From Squalus acanthias (taxonomy: Eukaryota), in assembly GCA_030390025.1 (NCBI GenBank), contig CM059431.1, positions 108,626,001 to 108,690,000 on the forward strand: a stretch of 64,000 nt of DNA. Reading direction: 5' to 3'. Below are positions 35,259 to 48,735 of this stretch, piece after piece. Each line of letters opens with the position of its first letter. Position 1 is the first letter of the stretch. The notes below the pieces were generated by a model, which made no database searches, had not been told where the DNA came from, and was given only the letters and a program-made list of their open reading frames with translations. Both the position numbers and the translations under genes were made by a program.

Positions 35259-35478
35259 ATGATGTGGAGATGCCGGTGTTGGACTGGGGTGGACAAATGT
35301 GAGAAGTCGCACAACACCAGGTTATAGTCGAACAGCTTTATTTGAAATCACAAGCTTTCGGAGCGCTGCTCCTTCGTCAAGTGAAGTCACTTCACCTGAC
35401 GAAGGAGCAGCGCTCCGAAAGCTTGTGATTTCAAATAAAGCTGTTCGACTATAACCTGGTGTTGTGCGACTTCTCACA
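35259..35478. mobile_element. Penelope-derived inverted pLTR insertion with hammerhead motifs
   Basis: 91-nt arms centred on 35388; TATATAGATGTC duplicated at 35247-35258 and 35479-35490. Confidence 0.85.
35392..35428 (+). ncRNA. Minimal type I hammerhead ribozyme
   Basis: tcac-CTGACGA-a-ggagc(agc)gctcc-GAAAGCTT-gtga. Confidence 0.78.
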
Positions 35479-35613
35479 TATATAGATGTCGGAACAGCAC
35501 TATCTGCATGTGCTCTGCCATTTCATTGAAGGAGCTCCTAAGATTCTCAAAAAACTGCATGAAGTGATTCTGATGATTAATCACCACCTGTAAAGCATAA
35601 ATCCATCAGTCTG

Positions 35614-36078
35614 GTGTCAGCTGTGGCTCAGTTGGTAGCACACTTGCCTCTGAGTCAGAAGGTTGTGGGTTCATAGTCCCACTCCAGGGACTTGAGCACA
35701 TAAAGCTAGGGTGACACTCCAGTGCAGTGCTGAGGGAGTGCTGCACTGTCAGATGTGCCGTCTTTCAGATGAGATGTTAAACCAAGGCCCGTGTGCTCTC
35801 TCAGGTAGACTTAAAAGATCCCATGGCACTATTTCGAAGAAGAGCAGGGGAGTTATCCCTGGTGTCCTGGCCAATATTTATCCCTCAATCAACATAACAA
35901 AAACAGATTATCTGGTCATTATAACATTGCTGTTTGTGGGATCTTGCTGTGTGCAAATTGGCTGCCACGTTTCATACATTACAACAGTGACTCCACTCCA
36001 AAAGTACTTCATTGGCTGTAAAGTGCTTTGAGATGTCCAGTGGTCATGAAAGGCGCTATATAAATGCAAGTTTTTCTT
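35614..36078 (+). mobile_element. DeuSINE (SacSINE1-like), full length
   Basis: Homologous to 22296-22752. Confidence 0.88.
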
Positions 36079-36908
36079 TCATTGGTGCTCAGTGCTTCAC
36101 TTGATGCCTCCTTATGATGCCCCTTCTCTGATTCTCCCGAAGTAGAAGGTTCTGGGCTGTTACTTGCAGGTCTGAAGGGCATGACAAGTGTTCATGCGAT
36201 GACGCTGCTTTTTGCTCCTGCCAGCATCCTCATCTTGGAAGATCCCTACACAAAGTGAAAGGGACCATGTGTTAGCGTTAGATATACAGCCAATGGTAAA
36301 CAATAGTAATTCGAACATGGTTCCTTACAGCAGAGGCACAGATGTGGCTGCCTTTAATTGAGTGCTAGGCATTTGGAAGAGGATGAAGTTGAAGCAAGTA
36401 CATACCTTGTTGGGCTGGTAGAAGGGCATCAAGTTCTCCCTTCACCCACAGTGGTTTCCAGACCAGTTATTTGAAGGGTCTACTCCTATTGACAGGTGAG
36501 GCAATGCAGTTTGGCTAGACTGCCAACAGTGGGAGGGTCTCTACTAATGATTATATGTTGTTGTATCCTTGGAAAAGAGAGCAACAGAGTTTTTCAACAT
36601 TTTGATATAACATGAGAGACACCCTAACTGACCAATCTACATTTTATCTGGTGTGAAAGGATTAGCAGTGGTTAGATGAGCCATATTGTGAGTTCAGATA
36701 CAGCATGCCAAGGTTGTAGGAAATTAAATAAATCCTACCTCTTTAAATGCTACCAAGTTGGAGGAACAGCTTTGGAAACATGATTTGGGAAGTGTATGAA
36801 GTGAGAGGTGGGGCAAGTGCTTTGGACGCTGCATTGCAGATGTAACAGCAGACTATGGACTGAGTGCTTGGTGCATGCATAATACAGCCATGCCCTAGCT
36901 CTGAATGA

Positions 36909-37222
36909 ACATAAGAACATAAGAACATAAGAAATAGGAGCAGGAGTAGTCCAATCGGCCCCTCGAGCCTGCTCCACCATTCAATAAGATCATGGCTGAT
37001 CTGATCCTAACCTCAAATCTAAAGAACACAAGAAGTAGGAGCAGGACCCGGCCACACAGCCCCTGGGCCCGCTCCGCCACCCACAGGGCCTTGACCGATC
37101 CGAACTCAGCCTCATGTCCAATTTCCTGCCCGCTCCCCGTAACCCCTAATTCCCTTTACTTCTAGGAAACTGTCTATTTCTGTTTTAAATTTATTTAATG
37201 ATGTAGCTTCCACAGCTTCCTG
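36909..37222 (-). mobile_element. CR1 3' ends (two stacked tails)
   Basis: (ACATAAGA)n tail and CR1 3' UTR. Confidence 0.8.
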
Positions 37223-40200
37223 GGAATGGCACCCTTTAGTCTTCCCTACCTTGGCATTCTTCCTCAGTCCAGGGAATATTGTTCTTATTTGCTCCCATGA
37301 ATGATGAACAAAGGAGACAGCATTGACATGATTGGCTACCTCCTACCATGCTTGCAGTACATTGTCTCGATCTGGAGGATTCCCTCGGCCCTAGAAGATT
37401 CCTCAGGGCCACCTGTTCCAATAAAACCTTCAGGTTCTCTACCATTAAGGGAGCAGATCTGGCTTCTTCTTCAGATATGTAGCTTCTCTCCTGTAATTGA
37501 AGACCTGGAAGGATTTTGTTTGGGTGTTCCTCCACAGGTAAAGTCCATCTGTGACTGTTTTGAACTTTTCTTTCGAGGTGACATCTTGGAAAAAACATGT
37601 TAGCACACAATTAAAGACAAAGTTGGCAAAACTTCCAACTTCAGCAGGGACGTAAAACCGGCGCTATCGGATCAGCTTCCCATTGTACACCCCACCGGAT
37701 TTTCCTTTCCGTTATTTAGGGTCTGTGGCTTCATACTGATGTTATTTTCTGCAGTTTAGCTTTTCTAGTTCCTTAAAAAAAACGGAAGTCACTAACCAAC
37801 CTTCTACAGTAACCGAGGTTGCAAAATTCAGATGGTATACAAAGTGTTAAAACAAAAGTCAGCACTGTAATTCTGCAGAATTGCACTCTGTGATATTGCC
37901 AGATAATGCATACTGCCGAGAAAATGCATTACTGACAATACTAATGTCACAACAAATTACATACACACAAAGCTATGCATTAAATATTCAATTTTGACTT
38001 TCAGTCTCTTGGTATGGATATAAGATGTAGAAGTCTGTAAGTTGTGAGCAACCATTGATATCTGAAGTGTAAGCATATGATTTTGTTTGATGGTCTCCAT
38101 TGGTGTACAGAGAATTGTATGATAGCGTGAAGTCTATCTCTAGTCAAAATGTATTTGTACACCATATAGCTGGATTCCTCGCAGTTTCTTATGAATTATG
38201 GGTGACGGCCACATATTCACAGGCTGAAGGGACAGCTTTTCTTAAAGGAACAGAATCAGTGTCATAAAGCGACTCGTAAGATACATTGCCATGTTTGTAC
38301 AGAGAGGTGAGCACAGCAACATGACTCCCCCTGACCCGACGATGTAATTGCATCTTCAATCACATCGAATACTTCAACTTAATTTTAATAAAACCCAAAA
38401 CAAAACTATTAAAACAATGGTGAAAAATGTCACCCTCCAACAGTTGAAGCAGCTGCAACCCCGTGAATTTGCCTTAGTGGCCGAAATAATGGCAAGATGT
38501 TGTACAAAAATAATAGAACGGATGTGGCTTCGAAACAGGGTATGTTTGTTCCGTAAGGTTGAACAAACCAATCCATCACTCAGAAAGGTATGCCCTGGGC
38601 ATAATATGAAGTCTCTACACATAAGTAAGATTCACGCCACCAAATTTGCACTATATTATTGGATCAGGATGATTTGAACTGAATGGGCTCTGGCAGCTCG
38701 TTGGCTCTGTGTTCTGGCCCAATTCAGTTCATGTGGTGATGTTATTACATTACCAGCCCGGACTGATATGTCTGTCCTTTGTCGCAGCTCAAAAAAAGGA
38801 CAGGAGTCTCATAGCTCAGATGAGCCTAATGTGTGAATACTCCAATCTGCGGCTTGCTTGAATTATCCAGAGCTTTGAAGCTATGTTCTGAAGTCAAATT
38901 AGAGCAGTTCTGAACAGTTTACACCAGAAATTTCACTTCACGTCAGCTGCCAATATACAAGAAATGTGAATATGCAGCTACAGTGTACAGGGACTCCCGA
39001 CAGTTAGCAGCTAACCAGGAAAGTGAGATCCATGGTGCATGCACTGCAGACAGTTATAATGCATAGGATTAGAATATCTCTACTGAGTCCTTTCTTCAAT
39101 AGACCATTCAAATCAAAATGTGATGAGTCTTCATGTAAAAATGCTGATTTGAAATCAATTCGGAATACGTGTCATCCTCAATTAGCCTTTCCTTCATCAA
39201 AATGATCTCGCAAACACATAAAATGAATCTTTATTTCCTCTTTTCCACATGGGAGGCTATTTGTCAGATTTAATATATTTCTACCTGTGCTTTCCTGCGT
39301 GCTCTAGATTTCAGATCACTGAAATATGTTTTAAAAAAATAATCAAAGCCATAAATTGCTGTCTGACGTAAGTAAGCATTAGATGAAATATATTACATGG
39401 CTGGAACCAAAACCAAAAAAAACATGTTCTTTCATAAGCTGGATTTTTATATAAGTCTCTTCCTTCAATAAAAGTAACTGTTTTTTCCTGGGAGGCAAAA
39501 AATTGGACATGGTTCTTCAACCTGACGTAAGCTCTTTATCATAATTATATATCTGAACAACATTGCTAAATGTTCAGAATGATACAGTATTCAAAACAGT
39601 TTAGAAAACAAATGCCTACAATTTTGAAAGCCTGTTTTTGTATGTAAAGATCAGAGCAGAATAATTACATTATTTATTTCTCCTTTTGAAGTTGCTCCGA
39701 AAACATTTGCTGGTGGTTTTGCAATTTTCCAGCCAAAACTACTTTAATGTTCTTTGAGACTCCTGCAGTTGTTTGGCTCCCAAGGAAATTATCTGATGTG
39801 ATCTGCCTGGTACCTAGACCAATAATAGATCAAGCAGCATATGATCATCAAAAATAATAACAACATCACTTTAGGCAATGTAATTATCACAAAATATTAA
39901 CAATATGTTTCCAGCATAGATTTTACTTACCCAGTTACCAGTAACTATGAATAATGAAAATGCAAACACATGTAAGGACATATTTGACCAGAGCAGTGGA
40001 AAATTATGTTGCCTTGCTTTTCACCTGAATGAAGCAAATCCATCACAGTAATCGGAGTACTTTGGGAGTCTGTCAACGTATTTAATTATACAAAATAAAG
40101 CAAAAGACAAGAGGAAATTTGTTTGGGCAAGGCGGAAAATAAAAGATATTTTTCAGTGTTGCTGCAGGGCTTATTGTTATTTGTTTGACTGTATTATCAG

Positions 40201-41251
40201 ACCTATTTAAAGGTCACTGCTGTGGGTTGGTGCATATATTCATTAATTATATTTAAAAAAATCAACATTATTGAATGGAGCTGTAGACAGGAGTTAGTAG
40301 TAATACATGGAATAGTCTACAATGGGAGTTAAATTGTAATGCTTATGTAAAGCTTATGTAAAGGAATCATGCAAAAGATTGCTAAAGAACAAATGGACAC
40401 AGAGAACTGTAAAAAAAAATACTGACCTGTGATGTTACATATTGGTCCAGAATAAATGATAGCATTGCTCACACAACAGCAAATTGTTCAGCCTGCGTAA
40501 GATATAGAGCAAACTAAAGAGCAGAACTACTGAAATATCATGCATATTTTGTTACATTCTTAGGAATCTGCCTATAAATCTCCTGGCTTGAGTCCCATTT
40601 TGTTCCGCATCCCCTGACTTTAGAGAACTAGTGTAGACACAACAGCATATCTGACATTGCTTCTCAAATTCAATACCGCCTCAGTAACAGATATCTGTGC
40701 GGAGCAGGCTCGAGGGGCCGTATGACCTACTCCTGCTCCTATTTCTTAGGTTCTAATTTAACCTTATTAAAAAGCCGCTCTACACCCCTTCCCTTCCTTC
40801 TTGTACACCTTCTTTCTTTTATTTCAAAATTTCTATTCAATTATTTGTGAGTCCCTCCATCTTGCATTCTCCCACTGTAAAACCATTTAAATTTTCATAA
40901 AATTTTAGCCGTTTTATTAACGTCAATAAATACAATTGGGTTTTGATTTTGCTACCCAATTCTATATGCTATATTAATAATTTTTCTTTCAAATTTAATT
41001 TAATGAATTTAAAATTTTAGTCCAATACAAAAACGATTTTACATTATCTATCTATCTATTTATCTGCCTGCCTTCATCGCTTTATACTTCAATCTCTCTA
41101 TCCGCCTGAATATATATCTATTTATATAAGTCTTTTTTATCTATGTCATTCTTAACTTTCAAACCATCCATATTCTAACCTAGTTAAATTGTCTGGATAG
41201 TAACTGTTATGAGGGTGATTGCAATAGGTTATTACATCTGTTACTCTAAGA

Positions 41252-41520
41252 ATGAAAGAACGAGCTTCCATTTATGTGGTGTCTTTCATATCCTTCACAG
41301 CCAATAAAATACCTTTGAAGTGTCGTCACTGTTGAAAAGTAGGCAAGCAGGGCAGCCAATTTATACACAGCAAGGTCCCACAAAGAGCAATGAGAAAAAT
41401 GACCAGAAAATATGTTTTAGTGGTGCTAACTGAGGGACAGACATTGGCCAGAACCCCAGGGGAGCTCTCGTGCTCTGCTGCAAGTGGTGCCATGGGATCC
41501 TTTACATGCATTTGAGAGGG
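41252..41520 (-). mobile_element. DeuSINE 3' fragment, diverged
   Basis: Reverse complement of the Deu domain and tail. Confidence 0.75.
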
Positions 41521-41844
41521 AAAACAGCACCTGTAAATAGATATGGAATTGTTTCATCTAGGTTGATGAACATAGGTAAGAAGTGCTACTATTTGTGATC
41601 CACTTTTACCATAGGTTAACTGGTTGATAGTCTTAAGCCTGAAGGACATATGGGCCTTGTGCAACATGAGGACAATTACCACCACCAACAGGACGATGCA
41701 AAACAAATGATCAAAGGTAAAGTTGGAATAGTGGCAACTTGATGATGATCAGAAATTATCAAATCAATAAATGAATTTTAATCTCTATATACACGAAAAA
41801 CTGAATCTACAGAGCAGATTTACACATCTCAACTACTCATTTAC

Positions 41845-42140
41845 TACCCTGCTCTCAACCCCTTCTCCTCCCACCAGAACCACGATAGTGCTCCCCTTGT
41901 CCTCACCTCCCACCTCACCAGCCTCCACATTCAACGAATCATCCTCCACCATTTCTGCCACCTCCAGCACAATGCCACCACCAAACACATCTTCCCCTCC
42001 TGTTCCCCTTCAGCATTCAGAAGGGACCATTCCCTCTGCAACAAATCAACCCCAACACACACTCCCCTTCCCACGGCACTTTCCCAAGCAACTGCCGGAG
42101 ATGCAACGCCTGCCCTTTCACCTCCTCCCTTCCCACCGAT
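41845..42140 (+). mobile_element. Penelope ORF fragment
   Basis: Homologous to the reverse complement of 20530-20840. Confidence 0.8.
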
Positions 42141-42249
42141 TTCACTCACATAATTTGTGTTATGTAACTACCCCTCCACTCACGGCATTTTGCTGGAGAA
42201 ATCATCCTGTTTTTCTCAGGACACTGCTGTAGTTTTGTTCGTAAACATT

Positions 42250-42723
42250 GGCCCTGAATTTCTGATCGGAGGCTTCCTGCGAGCGGATGCCTCCGATCAG
42301 AAAAAAATCTACGAACCTACCCATTGATTCCGTAGATCCCGAGGCTTGCAATCCTGGGTCTCTCCTGTGGAAATGCGCAGAGGCCCAGGTATCCCAGGGG
42401 CGCATGCGATTCGCAAGTGCCCCTGGGATCACGTGGGCCAGGCGAACCAATCAAAGAAGGGAATCCCCCTTCACACTTTTGACAGGTCTGTAGGGAACTG
42501 TCAAAAGTATGAATGGGGATCACATTACGCCTGCTTTTACCAGGCGTAAGAATTCTATGGCCTTTCAGCGGGCATGCGGATGGTCTGTCAAGAGAATTCT
42601 TGACAGATCTCAAGTGCTGGTTTTCAGCGCATGCGCTTCGCCTGCCTGAAACCGGCACTTGCGAGGCCCCTACGGGCGAGTACCCACCTCGTACGTACCC
42701 GTGGGGTCATAAAAAACCGGCCC
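42250..42723. mobile_element. Harbinger-type MITE, followed by a DeuSINE tail (42730-42842)
   Basis: GGCCCTGAATTT / AAAAACCGGCCC ends; shares internal motifs with 49739 and 60756. Confidence 0.7.
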
Positions 42724-44001
42724 AATAACCGTTTCCTACATTACAACAGTGGCTACACATCAAAAATTACTTTATTGGCTGTAAAGCGTTTTTGGACGTC
42801 CGGTGGTCGTGAAAGGCGCTATATAAATGCAAGTCTTTCTTTTTAAACAGATTCTGTAAATAGACTTTGCTTGCTTTGCTGTTTATTGAGTAAATAGACC
42901 TAGTTTGCTGGCAAATAGACTGCTCGCTGTGAGTCCGGCCGCAACTCCCACAACTCATTGGCTGACACTCTGGAATTTTTAATAATATGCAAAGAGCAAA
43001 GATTAACGTATTTATATAACAATGGTGGCTAGACACTTGTAGATGGTGAATAATGTGTTGTTAAACTCAATAAACAGTTCAAAGATTAGCATTTACAAAG
43101 ACGAGAATGGACCATTAATCTGCTGCTGACATTCGTATTGTGTGAATGGACTGCAGAACTATGCATTTTAAGAAAAATTATTGTATTTATGCATACAAGC
43201 TTCCAAAAAATGAATTGCTTGGGGTTATATCGATTTTTGTTTTTGACTGTGCCCTTAAAAGCAATAGATACATTTTTATATATATATATACATACACACA
43301 CACATATACATACAGATTGTGCACTTCATCAAATGTCAAAATGTTAAACCTAGCCTTTTAGCGGGGCATTGGACTATCTTGTTAAATAGGTACAGTCCAT
43401 CAGAGTGGAATATTTAAATGTGTAGAGTACTTCCTAAATCACTAAGTGGAAATGGAAAGACTTTCAATTTAATCTCACAGTGGCTTCAATATCTAAAGTA
43501 GTATTTTTTGAAATTATATTCAGTGTAAAACTAAAAACTATCATTGGCCGAATCTACATGACTTATAAGCTCAGTGCTGTTGGATTATATTTTTTCTGGG
43601 AAATAAGATTCCATCAAAAGGACTTCTGTTTAAGCCTCTGTTTTGTAGAAAGGATCACTGAGGTGCTTTTGGGTCAAGGTAGCTTGAATCTGTTTACTAG
43701 CCAGCAATCAAGGAAGTATGTTAATATTGCAATGTGTGCATGTAAACATATCTCAATTCAATATAATTGGCCCTAAAATGCAATATGAAGCACTATCAAA
43801 AATCAGCAACACCATAAATTAGTCAAGGCACCACATAGATCTGTTTAAATTGCTTTCCCATTTAATTCTCTAAAGTCAATTTTATGACCAAAATATAACA
43901 AGCACAATTATTCAAGATAGTTAACCCTTTGAAGACTATTGTAAAAACTACAATTTTTACCATTTTGTTCCCAAAACACGATGGAAAGGAAAAATTCTCT
44001 C

Positions 44002-44365
44002 TTCCTACCCACCCCCAGCCCCAGCTCCCCTCCCCGCCTCCGCCCCACAACTACCCCCAGCCCCTCCTCCCCACCCCCGCCCCCACCCCCAGCCCCCCTC
44101 CCTGCCCCTCCACCGCCAGGCCCCCTCCCCGCCAGACACCCTCCCTGCCAGACACCCTCCCCGCCAGACACCCTCCCCGCCCACCCCACCCCCAGCTCCC
44201 CTCCCCGCCTCCGCCCCACACCCACCCCCAGCCCCCCTCCCCGCCCCCGCAAACAGCACCCCTCCCCGCCCCCCACCCTACCCCCCCACCCTCCCCCCCC
44301 ACCGCCAGCCCCCCTCCCCGCCAGACACCCTCCCCGCCCCCCACTCCCACCCCCTTCACCCCTGC
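44002..44365. repeat. C-rich low-complexity minisatellite
   Basis: CCCCGCCAGACACCCT units and a duplicated CCCAGCTCCCCTCCCCGCCTCCGCCCCACA. Confidence 0.85.
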
Positions 44366-44926
44366 TGACAACAGTGACTTGTCCAGGGACACAATTCCAT
44401 AGAAGGCAGAAGATTTCTGCCACCTCATCCAAGTGGTTCCTCTTAATGTAACCAGCTGGAAAGTGAGTATCCGTGAACTATTTAACTATGTGCGTCATCA
44501 CGGGAAAGAAAATCAGGGTAAAATTTCCGAGTTCCCAGCATGGGAGCCTTCATTGATGGAAGGCCAGATTGAGAACGAAGGCCAGTGCTTTGGAATACTT
44601 CTATGAAGCACAATAAGGTGCTAGATCAATACAATTTGCTGCTTCTTTCTTTATCTTCAGGAGTCAGTCTTCAGTAAGTGTGTCGTAACTGTACAGCAAA
44701 AATGAGTTGGATTTTTTTGTTGTTGTGCTGCTGATCATGTCTCCCCCCCGCAAAGGGATTTTGTTGTGCTGGTGAAGGTTTGACAAGAAAAGGGAGAATG
44801 AAGATTGTGAAGAGGATGAACCCATTTCTGTCAGCTTTGTTCAATCCTCCTTTAAAGTGAATCATTTAATCACACCTATCCATAAAATCCCACCACTATA
44901 TTTGATAATATTTTATGGGACACAAT

Positions 44927-45949
44927 GGGCTGAATTTTACAGGGTGGTAAGCGGGCGAGATGGGTGGTGGGTTGGGTGACAAAGTTGTTATTTTTGACAG
45001 CGCTCCCACGCGCCTTTCCCACAGGTGCGCCTGTCATCGTGGCGCCAACCCGACCGGCAGCGGAGGGGGACCTAATTGAAATCATTATGAGGTACTTTAC
45101 AGGCATCTAAGAGCCTTTTTTCCCTACTTTTTAAAATTTCCCTGCATGGCCACGGGATTCACGCAGCTCGGGAACCATGTCTGTCAACCTGAGGCACGAG
45201 TTCCATGGCCATTGCTCCAGCTGATTACTTGTCAGCATAGAAAACAAACCAAAATAAAAACAATAGCAGAATACTGCGGATGCTGGATGAATTTCTGCGG
45301 AGGTTCTCTCACTTGTCCATTGTTAACTTCAACGGAAGAGCTGCAGAAATCCCAGAAACACATTGTAAGTACAACTTACACTGTTTGTCAGGGATTCCAC
45401 AGCTCTTCCGCTGAACTTGCTTAAGATTGTAAACCCACCCCTTTACAATTACATTTAAAATCTGCTTAATGTTATGTCTTACCTATACACACACCTTTAT
45501 TTGTACCAGTTACTGATACAAAAGTCCATAGATTTGTGACTAAAGCACCAATAACTTCACAATTAATGTACTTTTTAAAATTATGTTCTTGATTGTATTT
45601 GTAGATGGCATCATATTACTTAATGAGAATATTATTTAAATATTTCTTTGTCACTCATATATAACTTTTATTATATTATTGTACAGTAAAGATTCAACAC
45701 CCACTATGTTAGATTAAACTTAAAATTTAATGTGGCCATGGCCCCTTTAAGTATCCCGGCTGAAAACGCGTCATGCGTGACGTTACCAGACCCGCTCCAT
45801 CTCATTGAGCTGGGTAACGCGCTGGGCGGGCTTAATAGGCCCCATTAAGGTAAGTTCATTTTCTGCAGCGGGATGGAGCCAGCAGCGGGGTCGCGACCCG
45901 CACCGGACCACCCCCACTCCACCCCCACAAGGTAAGGAAAATTCCAGCC
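44927..45949. mobile_element. Harbinger-type non-autonomous element
   Basis: GGGCTGAATTTT / AAAATTCCAGCC; TSD AAT. Confidence 0.78.
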
Positions 45950-47001
45950 AATGATATTGTTGCGGTCACAAATCTTCAGAGATTGTTCAACTGACAAAAA
46001 GCAGTTCAGTTATGTGTCTGGCCCGTGGTTACCACAAGTTGGTATGTTTACACAGCCTTCTGACATCATCACACCGATCCTGTTACCTGGTCATGCTGCT
46101 TTAAGAGTGCCAGATTTGGAATATCAGAAATAACAGCAGGAAACATGAGGCAACTGGGAATTTTAATAACCTGTATAAATACCATCCAAAAATGATAATG
46201 GACTCATATTTTCTGTTGGCATCTTTTAAAACATATATACGGTTTGGAAAATACTGTGTTCATTAAGGTGAGTGCTGGAGAATGGAATGCTTTTCCATTT
46301 TTAAAACAGTATCAAGCAGTCCCAGGTTATTTATAACATAGGTTACAGCCAAAATAAAACTTCCCTTACTCTGCGCCAATAATGTGCTCATCCTCACAGG
46401 AGATTTTTTATTTATTTTGTGCACTACCGATCCTTTTGATCTTATGGGTGAGAGAGCGACTTTTTGTCCTAACTTGTGCTGAATTAAGAACTGTTTTAAA
46501 CCCACAACGATTCTGGAGCCAGCATTCTTGGGTTGGGAGAGCAGAAAAGGAAACGCTCACCCTAATGGGGAGGGAGGCCTGGAATTGGGACTACATCCCA
46601 AATTTCGATCCTGGGGCAGGTGTGGGTGACCCTTCTGCCCCACCCACAACGTCCTAAAACTCTTGGGCATGTCTGGGGAGGTCCCAAGCTTGTCCGGGAA
46701 ATCCGTCCAGCACATTCCCATTCGGCCCAACAGAACTTTAGCTCGCTGAGGGCTGGAGTGATTTCTGTTGTGGGCCGAGTAAAGGTCCCAAGATTGATCG
46801 CAAAAGGAATCAGTTACCTTCTCTTCTACAAATGTTGCTCCTCTTTCAAGAGAAAAGATCAAGAATTATACCTTCAACCCATTAAGGGCTTCCGGCTTCT
46901 GCCATTGGACTAGCTAGCCAGCAGCCGCTCCAACGTTTCCGACTGTCAGTCAGGGTAGGTGCTTCTCTTGCATCTGTGCAGGCACAGGTCGCCCACTCTA
47001 A

Positions 47002-48735
47002 GGCCGTGATTTTGCTGGAGCTCAGAGGGCGGGTTCGGAGGCGGGTCAGATGTTAAATTCAAAATGATTGACGGCGGGCTGTCAACCCGCCGCGATCCCG
47101 CCTCCGTGTGAGTTTCAAGAGTGTCGGGTCTGCGATTTCACAACAGACCCGACACCAAGCGGCAGGTAAGGGATTTAAGGCACTTCACTCCATGTTAAGT
47201 GCTTGTTAACTGCTATTTTGAGAGCCTTTTCCTATTTTCCAGCATTTTATTCGGGTTTCACGACGTTCGGAGATCACGCCAGGTTTGTGTGTCGGGAGGA
47301 CCAGCGAGCTGGATACTTCCCAGCTGCAACTGCAGTTTAAAAGTTGAACTCTCACATCTGTTCACTGTCAAATGTTAGAGGTGTTTGATTTCAGGATTTG
47401 GATGACACATTTGATCTGTCTGCAGGCTGCAAGTGTGTGGTGCTAGCTCCATAAGCACCATCACCTCCTTGGAGCAAGCTCTCTCACCATTGACAGATCG
47501 CTTCTGCCATCTCAACTTCAGCTGCCATCTATTCCAGCAACATCGGTGCCCTTGATCCTCTGAATCCCTCCACGATCAGCCCCAACACCAGCAGTACCAG
47601 GCACACCAGCAGCATCAACAACAACACCTACCTTCTGCACAGGACACAGGGCATCAGCACCTGACCACATTGCTGCCCGGGACGCCAGGGGTGGCCTCAC
47701 CATGGCCCGATTTACTTCACTTGACTCTGTACACCCTGGCTACCACATGATGTGCCAGTTGGCACCACCCCACACCAACACCATAAGCATCCCTACAATG
47801 CCCAAGCCATTCCTTTCACACTCATGACCATTGCGGGGGGTACCGTTATGTCTCACCATTCACTTCAACTCACTAAGCCACTTCCAAAGCTGTACACAAA
47901 TCTGTCCAAGAACGCAAAGTGTTCAAAATTAAGGTTTCTATGTTTGACACCACAACTTTACATGAACATTGTATAAAACACCCAAGTGCTTACCCTTGTG
48001 TGTTGTTAGTTGGTATGATTTGACTAGGATGAGGGTGAGTGTGAGGGGTGGCTCGTGAGATGGGGAAGTGATAAAGTAGATAGAGAGGGATGGGTGGAGG
48101 TGCAAGGTAAGTTGGTGTGAGTAAGGATGTGCAGGAGTAGGGTAGGGAAGGCAGAGTGATGGGGATGTGATGAGTGGCACAGCAGAATGAGGTTGAGTGT
48201 AGCTTTGCAGTAACATTTTGTGATCTACTGAGATCATTGAAAGGTTTGCGCCACTGCAGCCTGGTTGTCCTGACGACATCCCTGCTTGTGCCCTCCTGTG
48301 CAATGTGCAACCAGGCTGCGTTGGTGTCCTGGGGAGGTCTCTTCCACCCACGGAAAAGGAAGAGAACCTCCCTGCGTGCTGTGACTCCCCCCATAAGCAT
48401 ATGGAGGGAGTCATGGGAGAGCCTGGGTGCAGCCGTGCACCTCTGTGCATTGCTTGTCAGTGTTTGCAGCACCTCAATGCTGTAGAACACTGACAGCACA
48501 ACTGTCAAAATAAAATTGTGCATGGCCCCTTTAAGGAAACCGGCTGATGACGCGTCATCAAATGACGTCATCAGACCCGTTTCCTGTTAATTGGCCAGAA
48601 TCCTCGCAGGGCGGGCTTAACAATGCCAATCTACGGAAAATCATTTTCAGAGAGCGGCTGAAGATGGGAGCGGGACCGAAACCTGACAACCAGCTCTCCC
48701 GCCACCATCCTGCTTCCACAGGGAAAATCCTGCCC
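47002..48735. mobile_element. Internally deleted Harbinger with Myb exon (minus strand, 48230-48440)
   Basis: GGCCGTGATTTT / AAAATCCTGCCC; canonical TAA TSD; APRLSHDSLHMLM..QWRKPFNDL. Confidence 0.85.

Noticed and set aside
34545..36600. Old LINE remnant hosting the palindrome and a DeuSINE
   Set aside because: Composition is suggestive, but no clear RT or endonuclease motif could be read, so it is not called.
43908..44451. Proline- or glycine-rich proteins (formin/extensin-like)
   Set aside because: Open in nearly all frames because a C-rich tract lacks stop codons.
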